DNA of 64,000 nt from Chloroflexota bacterium (GCA_028875055.1 JAPPGG010000023.1:1746-65745), one strand, 5' to 3'. Shown: positions 37,832-48,149, counted from the stretch's first letter. The notes: generated from the letters alone by a model not told the origin. Numbers and translations are program-made.

Positions 37832-38908
37832 TTGCTGCCACGATTCCGAGTTAACCTGGAAGAGGCCATTAACGTATCCGGCGACGACCTGAAGGCCACC
37901 GTAGCCTCCATTTTCGAAAAGGTGGGGGTGCCCGCCGATGACGCCGAACTGGGCGCCGACGTGCTGGTGCTGGCTGACCTGAGGGGTGTGGACAGCCACG
38001 GCGTCTCCAACATGCTCCGCAGCTACCTGGGCGGCTACCAGCGCGGCGAAATCAACCCCCGGCCCAACATCAGCATCGTCCGCGAAACCGCCGCCACCGC
38101 CAGCATTGACTCGGACCGCGGCCTGGGCACCATCGTAACCCCCAAGGCCATGGACATCGCCATCCAGAAGGCTAAAGAGGTCGGCGTTGGCATGGTCACC
38201 ATCGGCAACTCCCGCCACCTGGGCATGGCCTCCTACCACGCCATGCGGGCCCTCGAGCACGACATGATCGGCGTCTGCATGACCAGCGCCCCGCCGCGCA
38301 TGGTTCCCACCTTCGGCGCCGAGCCGCGCCTGGGCACCAATCCCATCGCCGTGGCGGTACCGGCCCGCAACGAGGCCCCCTTCGTATTTGACGCCGCCAC
38401 CAGCTCCGTGGCCCAGAACAAGATTGAAATTGCCCGCCGCCTGGGCGCCGACCTGGAGCCCGGCTGGCTGGCCTCCGAGGATGGCACCCCGATCATGGAG
38501 GAAGTGCCGGTACCTGAGAACTACCATCTGCTCCCCGTGGGCGCCACCCGGGAACTGGGCTCGCACAAGGGCTACGGCCTGGCCTGCGTGGTGGACATCC
38601 TGGCCGGCGTGCTGACGGGCTTTGGCTACGGCGCCGTCCCCGGCCGCCCCAACTTCGGCCACTACGTCGCCGCCTACAACGTTTCCGGCTTCGACGACCC
38701 AGACCACTTCAAGGACGAAATGGACGGCTGGCTTCAGATGATGAAGAGTACCAAGCCCGCCCCGGGCCACGACCGGGTACTGGTGGCCGGCCAGCCCGAA
38801 GCCGAAATGGAGGCCGTCCGCCGCCAGGAGGGCATCCCCCTGCACCCCGACGTGGTGCAATTCATCCGGGACACCTGTGCGGAATTGTCGGTAAGGTGCG
38901 TGTTCTAG
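37832..38908 (+). CDS. Ldh_2 family oxidoreductase (ComC/YbiC/AllD-like)
   Basis: ADLRGVDSHG, NSRHLG, GTNPIA, FDAATS, HKGYGL. Confidence 0.92.
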   Translation: MLPRFRVNLEEAINVSGDDLKATVASIFEKVGVPADDAELGADVLVLADLRGVDSHGVSNMLRSYLGGYQRGEINPRPNISIVRETAATASIDSDRGLGTIVTPKAMDIAIQKAKEVGVGMVTIGNSRHLGMASYHAMRALEHDMIGVCMTSAPPRMVPTFGAEPRLGTNPIAVAVPARNEAPFVFDAATSSVAQNKIEIARRLGADLEPGWLASEDGTPIMEEVPVPENYHLLPVGATRELGSHKGYGLACVVDILAGVLTGFGYGAVPGRPNFGHYVAAYNVSGFDDPDHFKDEMDGWLQMMKSTKPAPGHDRVLVAGQPEAEMEAVRRQEGIPLHPDVVQFIRDTCAELSVRCVF

Positions 38909-38913
38909 GGGCC

Positions 38914-39035
38914 GTCGTCAAATTGAAGGTAGAAATATCCAGGCGTACCCTTTCGTCGTTCCCGCGAAGGCGGGAACCTCGCCGGCTGAAGTCAAGATTC
39001 CTGCTCCCACAGGAAAGACGGGGCAATTTGACGAC
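38914..39035. mobile_element. MITE family C (122 bp) with perfect 12-bp TIRs
   Basis: GTCGTCAAATTG ... CAATTTGACGAC enclosing GTCGTTCCCGCGAAGGCGGGAACC and an inverted partner. Confidence 0.8.
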
Positions 39036-39116
39036 ACGCCATAGGAAGATTTGCCGGTGCGGCAATGCCAGCAACCCATATCACGGATACAAGGACTATC
39101 GAGGGCATAACTAACC

Positions 39117-40097
39117 ATGAAAGCAGTCTGGTTTGAACGGAACGGCCCCGCGGAAGTTATGCAGGTCGGCGAAATGCCCGAACCCGAACCTGGCCCCGGT
39201 GAGGTCCGGATCAAGGTAATCTCCTCCGGCGTAAACCCCTCCGACTGGAAGCGCCGCCTGGGCACAACCTCCCCCATGGCCTTCCCACGGGTCATTCCCC
39301 ACCAGGACGGCGCCGGCGTCATTGACCGGGTCGGTCAGGGCGTACCCGCTTCCCGCGTTGGCGACAGGGTCTGGCTCTTCGAGTCCCAGTTCGGGCGTCC
39401 CTTCGGCACGGCGGCGGAATACACGGTGCAACCCTCTGGTCATGCCGTCGCAATGCCCGATTCCATCTCCTTCGAGCAGGGCGCGTGCCTGGGCGTGCCG
39501 GCCATGACCGCCCACCGCTGCCTGTTCGCCGACGGCCCCCTGGAGGGCAAAGTGGTCCTGGTGCCCGGAGGCGCCGGCGCCGTTGGTCATTACGCGGTTC
39601 AGGAGGCCAGACTGGCCGGGGCCACCGTCATCAGCACCGTCAGTTCCGATCACAAGGCGGCCATCGCCACCGCTGCCGGCGCCGACCACATCATCAACTA
39701 CCGGACCGAAGACGTGGTTGCCCGCATTATGGACATTACCGGCGGCGAGGGAGTTGACCACATCGCCGAGGTGGACTTCGCCGGCAACTTTCCGGTGACC
39801 AGCCAGGTATTGAAAGCCAATGGTGTCGTAGCCATCTACTCCTGGGGTCTCATCCAGCAGCCCCCGGTTCCCCTCCAGTTCCGCAACAGCAACACCGTGG
39901 TGCGAAACGTGCTGGTGTATGAAATGCCGGAGCCGGCCAAGGAAGCCGCCATTGCCGACATTACTGCCTGGCTGGAGTCCGGCGCCCTTTCCCACCAGGT
40001 CGGCCCCCACTTCCCGCTGCAGGAAACGGTGGCCGCCCACCTGGCCGTGGAGGGTGGCGCCATCGGCAACGTCATCGTTGATGTGGGTGAAGAGTAG
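39117..40097 (+). CDS. NADPH:quinone reductase (zeta-crystallin/MDR family)
   Basis: GVNPSD, PHQDGAG, GGAGAVG; no catalytic Zn ligands. Confidence 0.92.
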   Translation: MKAVWFERNGPAEVMQVGEMPEPEPGPGEVRIKVISSGVNPSDWKRRLGTTSPMAFPRVIPHQDGAGVIDRVGQGVPASRVGDRVWLFESQFGRPFGTAAEYTVQPSGHAVAMPDSISFEQGACLGVPAMTAHRCLFADGPLEGKVVLVPGGAGAVGHYAVQEARLAGATVISTVSSDHKAAIATAAGADHIINYRTEDVVARIMDITGGEGVDHIAEVDFAGNFPVTSQVLKANGVVAIYSWGLIQQPPVPLQFRNSNTVVRNVLVYEMPEPAKEAAIADITAWLESGALSHQVGPHFPLQETVAAHLAVEGGAIGNVIVDVGEE

Positions 40098-40357
40098 GCG
40101 GCATTTAAGGATATATAAGAGGCCCCGCCGCCGGGCCGCTACCCTCCCCGCGGCAGCCAATTGAAGCTTAAAGGGAAAGACCGTTGCAAGGGCCATTGGA
40201 TGGGCCGGCCGGCGCGCCTGCTCCCCGGGGTCGCGAACCCGCTGCATTGGGCGCTTCCCTGCCCTCGTTGACCTACCAAAGGCTGGGCCCCCGGTCTATA
40301 ATCAAATAAGACTGACGCACAACCTTGTCACCCCAGCCTGCCATAATGGGGGCCGCC

Positions 40358-40726
40358 ATGTCGCGCTTCTTCCTTCCCGTTTTGATGATGCTCCTGCCCC
40401 GGTTCCTGCCCAGCATCATCCGTTACTTCATGCTGGTGTGGCGTCTTACCTTCGACCGGCGCGTAAACATCATCCTGCGGGCGCTGGTGCCGCTGGCCCT
40501 GGTCTATGTAGTATTTCCCTTTGACCTTATCAGAGACAACATCCCCCTCATTGGCCGGGTGGACGACATCATTATCCTGGGACTGGCGGTTCTGTTCCTC
40601 GTAAAGCTGGCCCCGCCTCACGTGGTAGATGAGCACCTGGGCCGTGCCGCTCCCTCCGACCGTCCCGAGGACAAGGACCCGTCCCAGGTGGTGGACGGCA
40701 AGGCCCGTTTCATCGATGACGACTGA
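40358..40726 (+). CDS. DUF1232 (YkvA) membrane protein
   Basis: LVYVVFPFDLIRDNIPLIGRVDD motif. Confidence 0.85.
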   Translation: MSRFFLPVLMMLLPRFLPSIIRYFMLVWRLTFDRRVNIILRALVPLALVYVVFPFDLIRDNIPLIGRVDDIIILGLAVLFLVKLAPPHVVDEHLGRAAPSDRPEDKDPSQVVDGKARFIDDD

Positions 40727-42011
40727 GGGAGGCCGGCTCCCTGCGGCCGCTGATCCCGCCCTCATTCCGGGCCCGGTTCCTGAAGCTCGCCCGGCACACA
40801 GCCTGGCCGATCTGCGTCAAACCGGCATCTCTCTCTACGTCCACGTTCCCTTCTGCCAGACCAAGTGCCCTTACTGCGATTTCAACACCTATCAGGGCAT
40901 AGAGGGTCTCATGTCGCCCTTCCTGGACGCCCTGCTGGCCGAGACCTCCACGTGGGCGCGGGCCCTGGACCACCCGCCCGTCAACACAGTTTTCTTCGGC
41001 GGGGGAACTCCCTCCTACCTTCCCGATGGTTTCCTGGGAAGAATTATGGAAACCATCGGACAGGGCTTTCCCGTCCGCCCCGACGCGGAAATTACCATCG
41101 AAGCGAACCCCGGTGACCTGATGATTCCCGACAAGGCCGCCAGCCTGCTGGAACAGGGCATCAACCGGGTCAGCATCGGGGTGCAGTCACTGGACAATGA
41201 CCTGCTTAACCTGCTGGGCCGCCGCCACGACGCCGACCAGGCGATTGCGGCCTTCCGGACTGTCGGCGAGGCAGGGTTCGACAACGTCAACCTGGACCTG
41301 ATTTACGGCCTGCCCCGGCAGTCTTTGGCTCAATGGCAGGACACCCTGTGCCGCCTGGCTGCCCTGGAACCGGCCCACATATCCCTCTATTGCCTGACCG
41401 TGGAGGAGGGTACACCCCTCCACCGCTGGGTCGAAAGAGGGGAAGTTCCCCTGCCGGATTCCGACCTGGCGGCGGATATGTACCAGTTTGCCAGGGAACA
41501 TCTGCGGGAGCAGGGATACCACCACTACGAGATCTCCAACTGGTCCCGGCCGGGGCTGGCCTCGCGCCACAACCTGGCCTACTGGCGGAACCTGCCTTAC
41601 CTGGGGGTGGGCCCGGGCGCCCACTCCTGCCTGGGCGGGTACCGCTTCTGGGATATGGACCCGCCCCGCGCCTACATCGAGGCGGCGCAAAAGTGGGCTG
41701 CTGCTATGCCGGAATGCCTGGACGCTGTGACCTCTGCCTGGCTGGAATCAGTGGGGCCCGTGGGCGGGCACGAACCCATTGACCTCGACCTCGCCGCCGC
41801 GGAGACCATGTTCCTGGGCCTGCGCCTGCTGGACGGCCTCGACCTGGCCGAAGCTTCCTCCCGCTTGGGCATGGACCTGGGAGCCCGCTATCGGGCCCAG
41901 ATTGTCCAACTCCTGGAGCAGGACTTGCTGGTGAGAGACGGCGACCTGCTCCGCCTTCATCCCTCCGCCTTCCTGATTGCCAACCAGGTCTTCACCCGCT
42001 TCCTCGACTGA
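40716..42011 (+). CDS. hemW: Radical SAM heme chaperone HemW (HemN-like)
   Basis: LYVHVPFCQTKCPYCDFN, GGGTPS, EITIEANP, YEISN, HNLAYW, GVGPGAHS. Start codon uncertain. Confidence 0.92.
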   Translation: MTTEGGRLPAAADPALIPGPVPEARPAHSLADLRQTGISLYVHVPFCQTKCPYCDFNTYQGIEGLMSPFLDALLAETSTWARALDHPPVNTVFFGGGTPSYLPDGFLGRIMETIGQGFPVRPDAEITIEANPGDLMIPDKAASLLEQGINRVSIGVQSLDNDLLNLLGRRHDADQAIAAFRTVGEAGFDNVNLDLIYGLPRQSLAQWQDTLCRLAALEPAHISLYCLTVEEGTPLHRWVERGEVPLPDSDLAADMYQFAREHLREQGYHHYEISNWSRPGLASRHNLAYWRNLPYLGVGPGAHSCLGGYRFWDMDPPRAYIEAAQKWAAAMPECLDAVTSAWLESVGPVGGHEPIDLDLAAAETMFLGLRLLDGLDLAEASSRLGMDLGARYRAQIVQLLEQDLLVRDGDLLRLHPSAFLIANQVFTRFLD

Positions 42012-42484
42012 CCCGCCCGTTCTCTCCACCGCCGCTCCTTCAACCCTTCCCCATTGACATCCACCCCTCGTCAAACAGCATAACCCGCCCATACCATAAG
42101 AATCGGCAGGCAAAAGGGTTTTACCAGGCGGTAGTCCAGTTTTCGCTCTTCGTCCCACCAGCGAAGCCATAATAAGAACCGCTGCAGGACACCTTTACCG
42201 GATATCCGGCCAGGCCGCCTGGCTTGCCTTCAGGAAATCGAGGGGCGGAAGCAAATTGACCACATTTGCCACCAGAACGGGTTAAGTCGTCACCGGAAAT
42301 CTCATTTCATCTCATCTTCAGATAGGACAACGGAGAACAAACCTGCAGAAAAGAGCCGCTTCCCCCTTTCCGGCAAGCCCGCTCCACATACAAAATGAGC
42401 ACAGATGAGATCAGATTGCGGGAAATTCCTTTTTTTCGGAAACACCTGGGGCGGTTCTGCGGCGCAGCCATCCCGAACATTACC

Positions 42485-42719
42485 CAGGGTAAATCGCCTC
42501 ATAGTTTCAACTCAAACTGCGCCAGGGCTGCCAGCCAGGAATCATGTCACCCTGAACACCGCCGCGCCATCCTGTCCAATATCATGTCACCCTGAGCCTG
42601 CCGAAGGGTCTAAACTCCCGGGTGGCAGCCGTGGTTCGGGTTCAGATGCTTCGACGCAGTCTATCCTGAGCTTGCCAATGGTCTCAGCATGGCACTCCCA
42701 TGAGAATTCAATTGCCCTG
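42485..42719. mobile_element. MITE family A variant (about 235 bp)
   Basis: cagggtaaatcg ... aattgccctg termini; internal GTCACCCTGAGCCTGCCGAAGGGTCT. Confidence 0.65.
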
Positions 42720-42728
42720 CGGAAACCC

Positions 42729-42924
42729 CAGGGCAATTGCACTATAGAATCAGGCTACAGGGGGCACAATTGGGTGGGCAGAAGTCATGTCGCCCTGAGC
42801 TTGCCGAAGGGCCTGAAGTCCTCATCCTCAGCCCGGCTGCGGGTAGTGAAGGTGGTTCCAGGGATAGATCTTAGATGCTTCGGCTTCGCTCAGCATGACA
42901 TTCAATTAAAACGCGATTGCCCTG
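42729..42924. mobile_element. MITE family A copy (196 bp), tandem with the previous copy
   Basis: CAGGGCAAT / ATTGCCCTG termini; internal region near-identical to 9111..9250. Confidence 0.8.
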
Positions 42925-43025
42925 GCGGAAACCCTGGCCAGCTTGCCAATGCTTTACATAAGCTTTAGCCTATATTGCAGGCCCGTTTCCCGGACCCAGA
43001 TTAAACGCCTGGAGAGTAACCCACC

Positions 43026-44405
43026 TTGGAATACCTGAAAGCCGCTCCCCGCCGTATGCTCCAGAATTGCCCTCCCAAAGCACTATTTACCCTAGGCTTG
43101 ATCCTTCTGGCCACGTTCCTTATGGCCGCCTGCGACTCGACACCCACTCCGGCGCCGGTCAGTCCTCCAACCCAGGCGCCGGCCCCCACGCCCGACATCC
43201 AGGCCACCATAGACGCGGCGGTGGCCGCTGCCATTGACGTCCAGGCAACAGCCTCGGCGGAATTCTCCGCTGAAGAACCGGCCGAGGAGGCCACTGAAGA
43301 ATCATCCGAGGAAGCCACCGGGGAAACCACCGGGGAAGCCACCGAGGAGCCTGCAGAAGAAGAGCCGGTGGAAGAGCCCACGGCTGCCCCCGAACCCACC
43401 CACACGCCGCAGCCCACGCCCACTCCGCGTCCGACGGTGACGCCCGTGCCCACGGCTACCCCCGCTCCTACGGCCACGCCGCAACCCACGGCTACGCCCA
43501 TACCGGCGCCTACCGCTACTCCCCTGCCCACGGCGGCGCCCACCCGGGTGCCTCCTACGCCCGTACCCACGCCGGCTCCCGTCACCATAACCAAGATTGA
43601 CGCCAACGGCGCCCACACTTGCGCCCTCTTCTCCGACGGTTCGGTACGGTGCTGGGGAAGCGACGTTAACCAGCAGCTGAGCGTGCCCATCGGCGTTACC
43701 TTCGCCGACGTAAGCGCGGGAGGCTCCTTCACCTGCGGCATCCAGGCCGACCCGGAACGGGAAGGCGCGGCCTTCTGCTGGGGCAAGGACCTGCTGGGGA
43801 CTCTGCAGGTTGACCGCAGCGCGCGCCTCAAGTCCATCAGCGCCGGCCGCCAGCACGTCTGCGGGGTAATGATGGACGACACCGTCGCCTGCTGGGGCAG
43901 CAACGAACGCAGCCAGACCGACGCCCCCGAAAGGCAGACCTTCGTCTCCGTAACCGCCGGTGGCTCCCATACCTGCGCTCTCCGAGACGATGGAACGGTG
44001 AATTGCTGGGGCGCCAACAATTACGGACAGCGGGACTATCCTGCCGGCGAAGTGTTTACGAAGATTGACGCCGGTGACGACCACACCTGTGGCCTGCGGC
44101 CGAACGGGACCGTGGCCTGCTGGGGCAACAACCTGTGGGAACCGCCTCAGATTGAGGGCATAGTGGACATCGGGTCCGGGGATGAATTTACCTGCGCGGT
44201 GGGCCACGACTCCAGCGCCTATTGCTGGGGACGCGACTCCGAACGGGACCTGGAACCGCCCGACCGGCGCGGGTTCGAGATTATCAGCAGCGGCGACCAG
44301 CACACCTGTGCCGTCCGGTTCGACGGGGTGGTGGTCTGCTGGGGCGGCAACCGCTACCTGGGGGCCACCAATCCCCCCGACGACCTGGAACATTCCCGCT
44401 ACTAG
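43026..44405 (+). CDS. Lipoprotein with acidic and Pro/Thr stalk plus 7 RCC1-like repeats
   Basis: Lipobox FLMAAC; seven (S/A)G..HTC.L..DG.V.CWG repeats. Start may be 43056. Confidence 0.88.
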   Translation: MEYLKAAPRRMLQNCPPKALFTLGLILLATFLMAACDSTPTPAPVSPPTQAPAPTPDIQATIDAAVAAAIDVQATASAEFSAEEPAEEATEESSEEATGETTGEATEEPAEEEPVEEPTAAPEPTHTPQPTPTPRPTVTPVPTATPAPTATPQPTATPIPAPTATPLPTAAPTRVPPTPVPTPAPVTITKIDANGAHTCALFSDGSVRCWGSDVNQQLSVPIGVTFADVSAGGSFTCGIQADPEREGAAFCWGKDLLGTLQVDRSARLKSISAGRQHVCGVMMDDTVACWGSNERSQTDAPERQTFVSVTAGGSHTCALRDDGTVNCWGANNYGQRDYPAGEVFTKIDAGDDHTCGLRPNGTVACWGNNLWEPPQIEGIVDIGSGDEFTCAVGHDSSAYCWGRDSERDLEPPDRRGFEIISSGDQHTCAVRFDGVVVCWGGNRYLGATNPPDDLEHSRY

Positions 44406-44467
44406 TGGCCCCTTTTGAAGTCCCTTCTCCCGCAAAAGGAGAAGGGACTTCTGTAAATGCTTCTCTG

Positions 44468-45379
44468 CTAGGGGTTGGCGGGGGCGCCGGCTATTACCAT
44501 GGCGCCGAACTCCTTGTCTATGCCGCGTGGCCACTCCCTGCCCTCGGGGTCGCTGATGTGGATTACCAGTGGGGGACCCAGTTCCGCAATTTCCATGCGG
44601 ATGGTGTCGCCGTCCTGCACTGGGCCGATCTCCTGGTGGTTGACTCCGGTTGCCACAACATCGCCGGGCTCCAGGGTGGTTACCTTGGAGAACTCGGAGA
44701 TCAACTCCCTGATGGGGTGGGCCATGTCGCTGGTGGGGAAGTTGTGCCGAGGTTCGTCATTGTTCCACAGGCGGACCTGCAGGTTCTGGGGGTCGGGTAT
44801 CTCGTCGGCGGTGACCAGCGCGGGCCCCATGGGCGCGAAGGTGTCCCAGCACTTGCCCAGGAAGAAGCTGTTGCCCAAAGCGCCGGGGATGCCGCGGGCC
44901 GACATATCCAGGAAGTTGGTGTAGCCGAACACGTAGTCCAGCGCATCGTCCTGGCTGACGTTGGTGGCCGTCTTGCCGATGACGAAGGCCAGTTCCGGTT
45001 CGTGGTGGAATATGGACGCCGGGGCGGGAGGCAGCACACAGGTGTCGCCATTGCCGATGATGGCCGTGGGAGACTTGAGGAAGGCGTCCAGCCTGGCTGC
45101 CAGGCGCTGCCCGTACTCCAGGTAATTGACGGCGGCGCAGATGAGCTTGGTGGGTTTGGGCACCGGCGCTCGCAGCCGCACGCTGTCCAATGCGACGCCG
45201 CTCTGGCCGGATATGGCGGCCTCAATCCTGGGCTTCATGGAGTCCCAGTTGGTTATGACCTCATCAATCAGGTCGTGGGGTCGCCGGAAGGTCATTCCTT
45301 CCACTGCGGCCATGGCATCCACCACGTTGCCGTTCTGAATCACGCCCAGCTGGTAATCGTTGTACAGGACCAGTTTCAT
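44468..45379 (-). CDS. Fumarylacetoacetate hydrolase family protein
   Basis: AAVNY, FLKS, HHEPELA.VIG, DYVFGYT..LDMSAR, GKCWDTFAPMGP, LEPGDVVATG. Confidence 0.93.
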   Translation of the reverse strand: MKLVLYNDYQLGVIQNGNVVDAMAAVEGMTFRRPHDLIDEVITNWDSMKPRIEAAISGQSGVALDSVRLRAPVPKPTKLICAAVNYLEYGQRLAARLDAFLKSPTAIIGNGDTCVLPPAPASIFHHEPELAFVIGKTATNVSQDDALDYVFGYTNFLDMSARGIPGALGNSFFLGKCWDTFAPMGPALVTADEIPDPQNLQVRLWNNDEPRHNFPTSDMAHPIRELISEFSKVTTLEPGDVVATGVNHQEIGPVQDGDTIRMEIAELGPPLVIHISDPEGREWPRGIDKEFGAMVIAGAPANP

Positions 45380-45425
45380 GGTTAATGTTCTCCTTAGCTA
45401 GTTTTCTCGGCTTTGTTTAGTTGTC

Positions 45426-45661
45426 TTAACTACCTTGCTGAATCTCGAAAAGGGTTCCAGGCAGACCAGACTGCCTTATTATGGAGAGCAGGGTCCCGGT
45501 GCGAAGCTCACTGTGATTCGGTACGGGGACAGAAACGGTTCCCCCTTCCTACACCCTTTGCATAACTATGTGACTACCCCCCGCCTTCTCACTTCGACAA
45601 ACCCCTGTTTTGCCAGGATGTCACATACTTCCCTGCCCGAGAGCACTCTAAGCCTGGCCAG
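45426..45661 (-). pseudogene. hicA: HicA toxin pseudogene
   Basis: LARLRVLSGREVCDILAKQGFVEVRRR / GSHIVMQRV*EGGTVSVPVPNHSELRTGTLLSIIRQSGL: CTG start, frameshift in a G6 run (45577..45582), internal TAG (45549..45551). Confidence 0.8.
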
Positions 45662-45875
45662 CGGTGACCTCTACCTGAGTAACATAGATTTCAGTGTGCA
45701 GCCAGTCCTCAATTTCGGTTGCAGATGCCGTTTCAAAGAATAGCTCCAAGGCCTCCTTGAGGTTGTCGCGAGCCTCTGAAACCGTATCCCCCTGGCTGGT
45801 AATGTCCAGCTCCGGGCACAAAGCCACGTAGCCGTCTCCCTCACGTTCAATGATGGCTGTTAGCTGTCTCGGCAT
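45648..45875 (-). CDS. hicB: HicB-family antitoxin
   Basis: TAIIEREGDGYVALCPELDI.SQGDTV.EAR.NLKEALELF. Confidence 0.88.
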   Translation of the reverse strand: MPRQLTAIIEREGDGYVALCPELDITSQGDTVSEARDNLKEALELFFETASATEIEDWLHTEIYVTQVEVTAGQA

Positions 45876-46099
45876 TGCCGCTCTCCACTTCCATGTCCGG
45901 TTCAAGCAATGGGTAGAATCAGGCAAGACGTTCACTACATTAGGGGTTCCTGACAAGGGAATCGTATCACCAACGTCCACACCGGTCTATGTCTGCCTCT
46001 CTTATAGGCTCTTAGTGCATGACGCTGAATTCGGCAAATGCAACTTTTGACAGTGCTACAATGGGCCCCACCATAGAATCTCTCATAAGGAGAAGGCTT

Positions 46100-47014
46100 A
46101 TGGAACGTCACATTCCCAGCAGGGACGAGGTCCTGGCATATCTGAAAGAGGACCGGAACTGGGGTCGGTGGGGCGATGACGACCAGTTGGGGGCGATGAA
46201 CCTGGTCACCCCGGAGAAGCGGGTGGCCGCGGCCCGCCTGGTCCGGACCGGCCGCGCCGTTTCCCTCAGTCGCGTGTATCCCAAGACGCCGGCGGCCAAC
46301 AACCCCAACCCTGCCCAGCATTTCATGAAGCGCAACCCCCGGGAGCCCGGTGGCGGCTCAGCCGTGGACTACTACGGTGTTTCCTACCACGGGCAGGCCA
46401 ACACCCACCTGGACGCACTGTGCCACGTCTGGGACGAGAACGGGATGTGGAACGGCCGCCGCGCCGAGGACGTCATTACCTATGACGGGGCCACCTGGGG
46501 CTCGGTTGAGCACTGGAAAGAGGGCATCATTACCCGTGGAGTTCTGTTCGACGTTCCCAGGCACCGGGGAGAGCCCTTCGTTACCATGGAAAAGCCCATT
46601 CACGGTTGGGAACTGGAGGACATCGCCAAAGCCGAGGGAATAACGATGGAGCCCGGCGATGCCGTGATTGTTTACGGAGGCCGCGAAAAGTGGGGCGAGG
46701 TCAATGGCATCTGGGGCGGCGATCCCTCCGGGCGGCCCGGCTTGCACGCCTCATGCCTGAAGTTTCTTCGAGAGTCGGACTGCTGCCTCCTGGTGTGGGA
46801 CATGATGGACTTCATGCCCAACGGCTACGACATACCCTGGAGCGTCCACGGGGCCATCTTCGCCTACGGTATTGGCCTCCTGGACAACGCCCTGCTGGAA
46901 CCGCTGGCCGAGGCCTGCGACGAAGAGGGGCGGTACGAGTTCATGCTGACGGTCAATCCGCTGCGGGTGGTGGGCGGCACCGGCTCGCCGGTTAATCCCA
47001 TAGCCTTGTTCTAG
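46100..47014 (+). CDS. Cyclase family (kynurenine formamidase-like) metal-dependent hydrolase
   Basis: NWGRWG.DDQLG.MNL, HGQANTHLDALCH, GGTGSPVNPIA. Confidence 0.92.
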   Translation: MERHIPSRDEVLAYLKEDRNWGRWGDDDQLGAMNLVTPEKRVAAARLVRTGRAVSLSRVYPKTPAANNPNPAQHFMKRNPREPGGGSAVDYYGVSYHGQANTHLDALCHVWDENGMWNGRRAEDVITYDGATWGSVEHWKEGIITRGVLFDVPRHRGEPFVTMEKPIHGWELEDIAKAEGITMEPGDAVIVYGGREKWGEVNGIWGGDPSGRPGLHASCLKFLRESDCCLLVWDMMDFMPNGYDIPWSVHGAIFAYGIGLLDNALLEPLAEACDEEGRYEFMLTVNPLRVVGGTGSPVNPIALF

Positions 47015-47042
47015 CCGGCTAACGGGCATCAGGGGGGCCAGG

Positions 47043-47070
47043 GTAGGGGCGCACGGCCGTGCGCCCCTAC
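47043..47070. repeat. GTAG-type REP palindrome
   Basis: GTAGGGGCGCACGGCCGTGCGCCCCTAC, a perfect palindrome. Confidence 0.8.
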
Positions 47071-47136
47071 CAGATTACGGCAACGCAACGGTCAGGAGCC
47101 TCTTCCTGGAATATCCTGCCCAACCACCCACCCAGC

Positions 47137-47607
47137 CTAAACCGCTTCGTAGCCCTTTTCCCGACCCACGGTTACTGGCTTCAGCCGCTTTTGCCCCTGT
47201 AATGATCGCAGCGCTTGCTGTACCTGGGGGTCGCCGTGCCTGCGGAAACGGTTCATAACCTTGCTGTGGGACTGGGGTCGGGCACAGAACTCCCAGATGC
47301 TGTCGGCCAGGTCGTCACCGGCGGCGGGCAGGGGTTTGAGGGTTGTAATCAGGGTGTGGCCGGGGTTGCCGTCCACAGTCTCGCCGGTGCGATAAGAAAG
47401 CAGGCCCAGGTTGCTCTGCCGTTCCAGGTAATTGCGCAGGCTGGTCTGGAGCCTGCCACCCTGTCCGGTGGAACCGTAACCGTGCACCACCTCCAATTGC
47501 ACACCGCCGCGCGGATGGCTTCGGGCGGCGGCGTTGTAGAAGTCCCGAAACTCGGTAAGAGCTTCGGCCCAGGTCTTGCCGTGCAGGTCCAGCTTCGAGG
47601 AAGGCAT
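47137..47607 (-). CDS. Smr-domain protein with a C-terminal wHTH-like extension
   Basis: LDLHG, VVHGYGS.G.GG.L Smr motifs. Confidence 0.85.
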   Translation of the reverse strand: MPSSKLDLHGKTWAEALTEFRDFYNAAARSHPRGGVQLEVVHGYGSTGQGGRLQTSLRNYLERQSNLGLLSYRTGETVDGNPGHTLITTLKPLPAAGDDLADSIWEFCARPQSHSKVMNRFRRHGDPQVQQALRSLQGQKRLKPVTVGREKGYEAV

Positions 47608-47618
47608 GTGGCGCTGGT

Positions 47619-48149
47619 TTACTCCGGAAGGTCTTCCAGGGGCGGCAGATTCTCCGCCGGAACCTGCTCCTGAACCGAGGGCTGCATCAACTGGCTGAGC
47701 CTGCGGCGTTGTTCGCTGCTGAGGCTGGAAGAGGCTAGGGGCTTTATGGGAGATTTCCGGAGGGCCTCAAGCCGGTCAACCATCTCATTGGCAGCATCTA
47801 TTCCTGCTTGAACCTGAACTGTGCTTAGTTCGTACTCGAAAAAGTTGTCGTGCAATGCTTTCACGGCCATGTGTAAGGTAACCAGGTTCGGGTCGGCCCA
47901 TTCTTCGCTTAGCTGGTCCAAGATGAGGCCAACCCGATAATGGTTATAGTGGTTCCAGCCCCGCAGTTCGGCATATGACTTGACGGCGTGGGATACGGCG
48001 CCGTAGGCCTTTTCCGAGGCCTGTACGGTGTCTCCCAGTTCCAGTTGTTGCTGGGCGTGCTTGAGCAGGCGCTGGCTGAGCCGGAAGTAGCGGTCCGACT
48101 TTTCGCGGCGCTGCTGTTCGGACTCGGGATTGTTTGGGGATGGGGTCAA
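47619..48149 (-). CDS. PaREP1-family (HEPN-like) protein, copy 1
   Basis: GDTVQASEKAYGAVSHAVK..AE.RGW.H..H...LH.NFFE; TTG start with GGAG RBS; 176 aa. Confidence 0.8.
   Translation of the reverse strand: MTPSPNNPESEQQRREKSDRYFRLSQRLLKHAQQQLELGDTVQASEKAYGAVSHAVKSYAELRGWNHYNHYRVGLILDQLSEEWADPNLVTLHMAVKALHDNFFEYELSTVQVQAGIDAANEMVDRLEALRKSPIKPLASSSLSSEQRRRLSQLMQPSVQEQVPAENLPPLEDLPE

Noticed and set aside
42012-42484. Coding remnant in the hemW downstream gap (minus-strand LWLRWWDEERKLDYRLV...)
   Set aside because: No start codon, short, and no confident family match.
35660-43580. CRISPR array or iteron-like repeats
   Set aside because: The periodic sequences at about 35660-35880 and 43380-43580 are in-frame Pro/Thr coding repeats without unique spacers; no cas genes are present.
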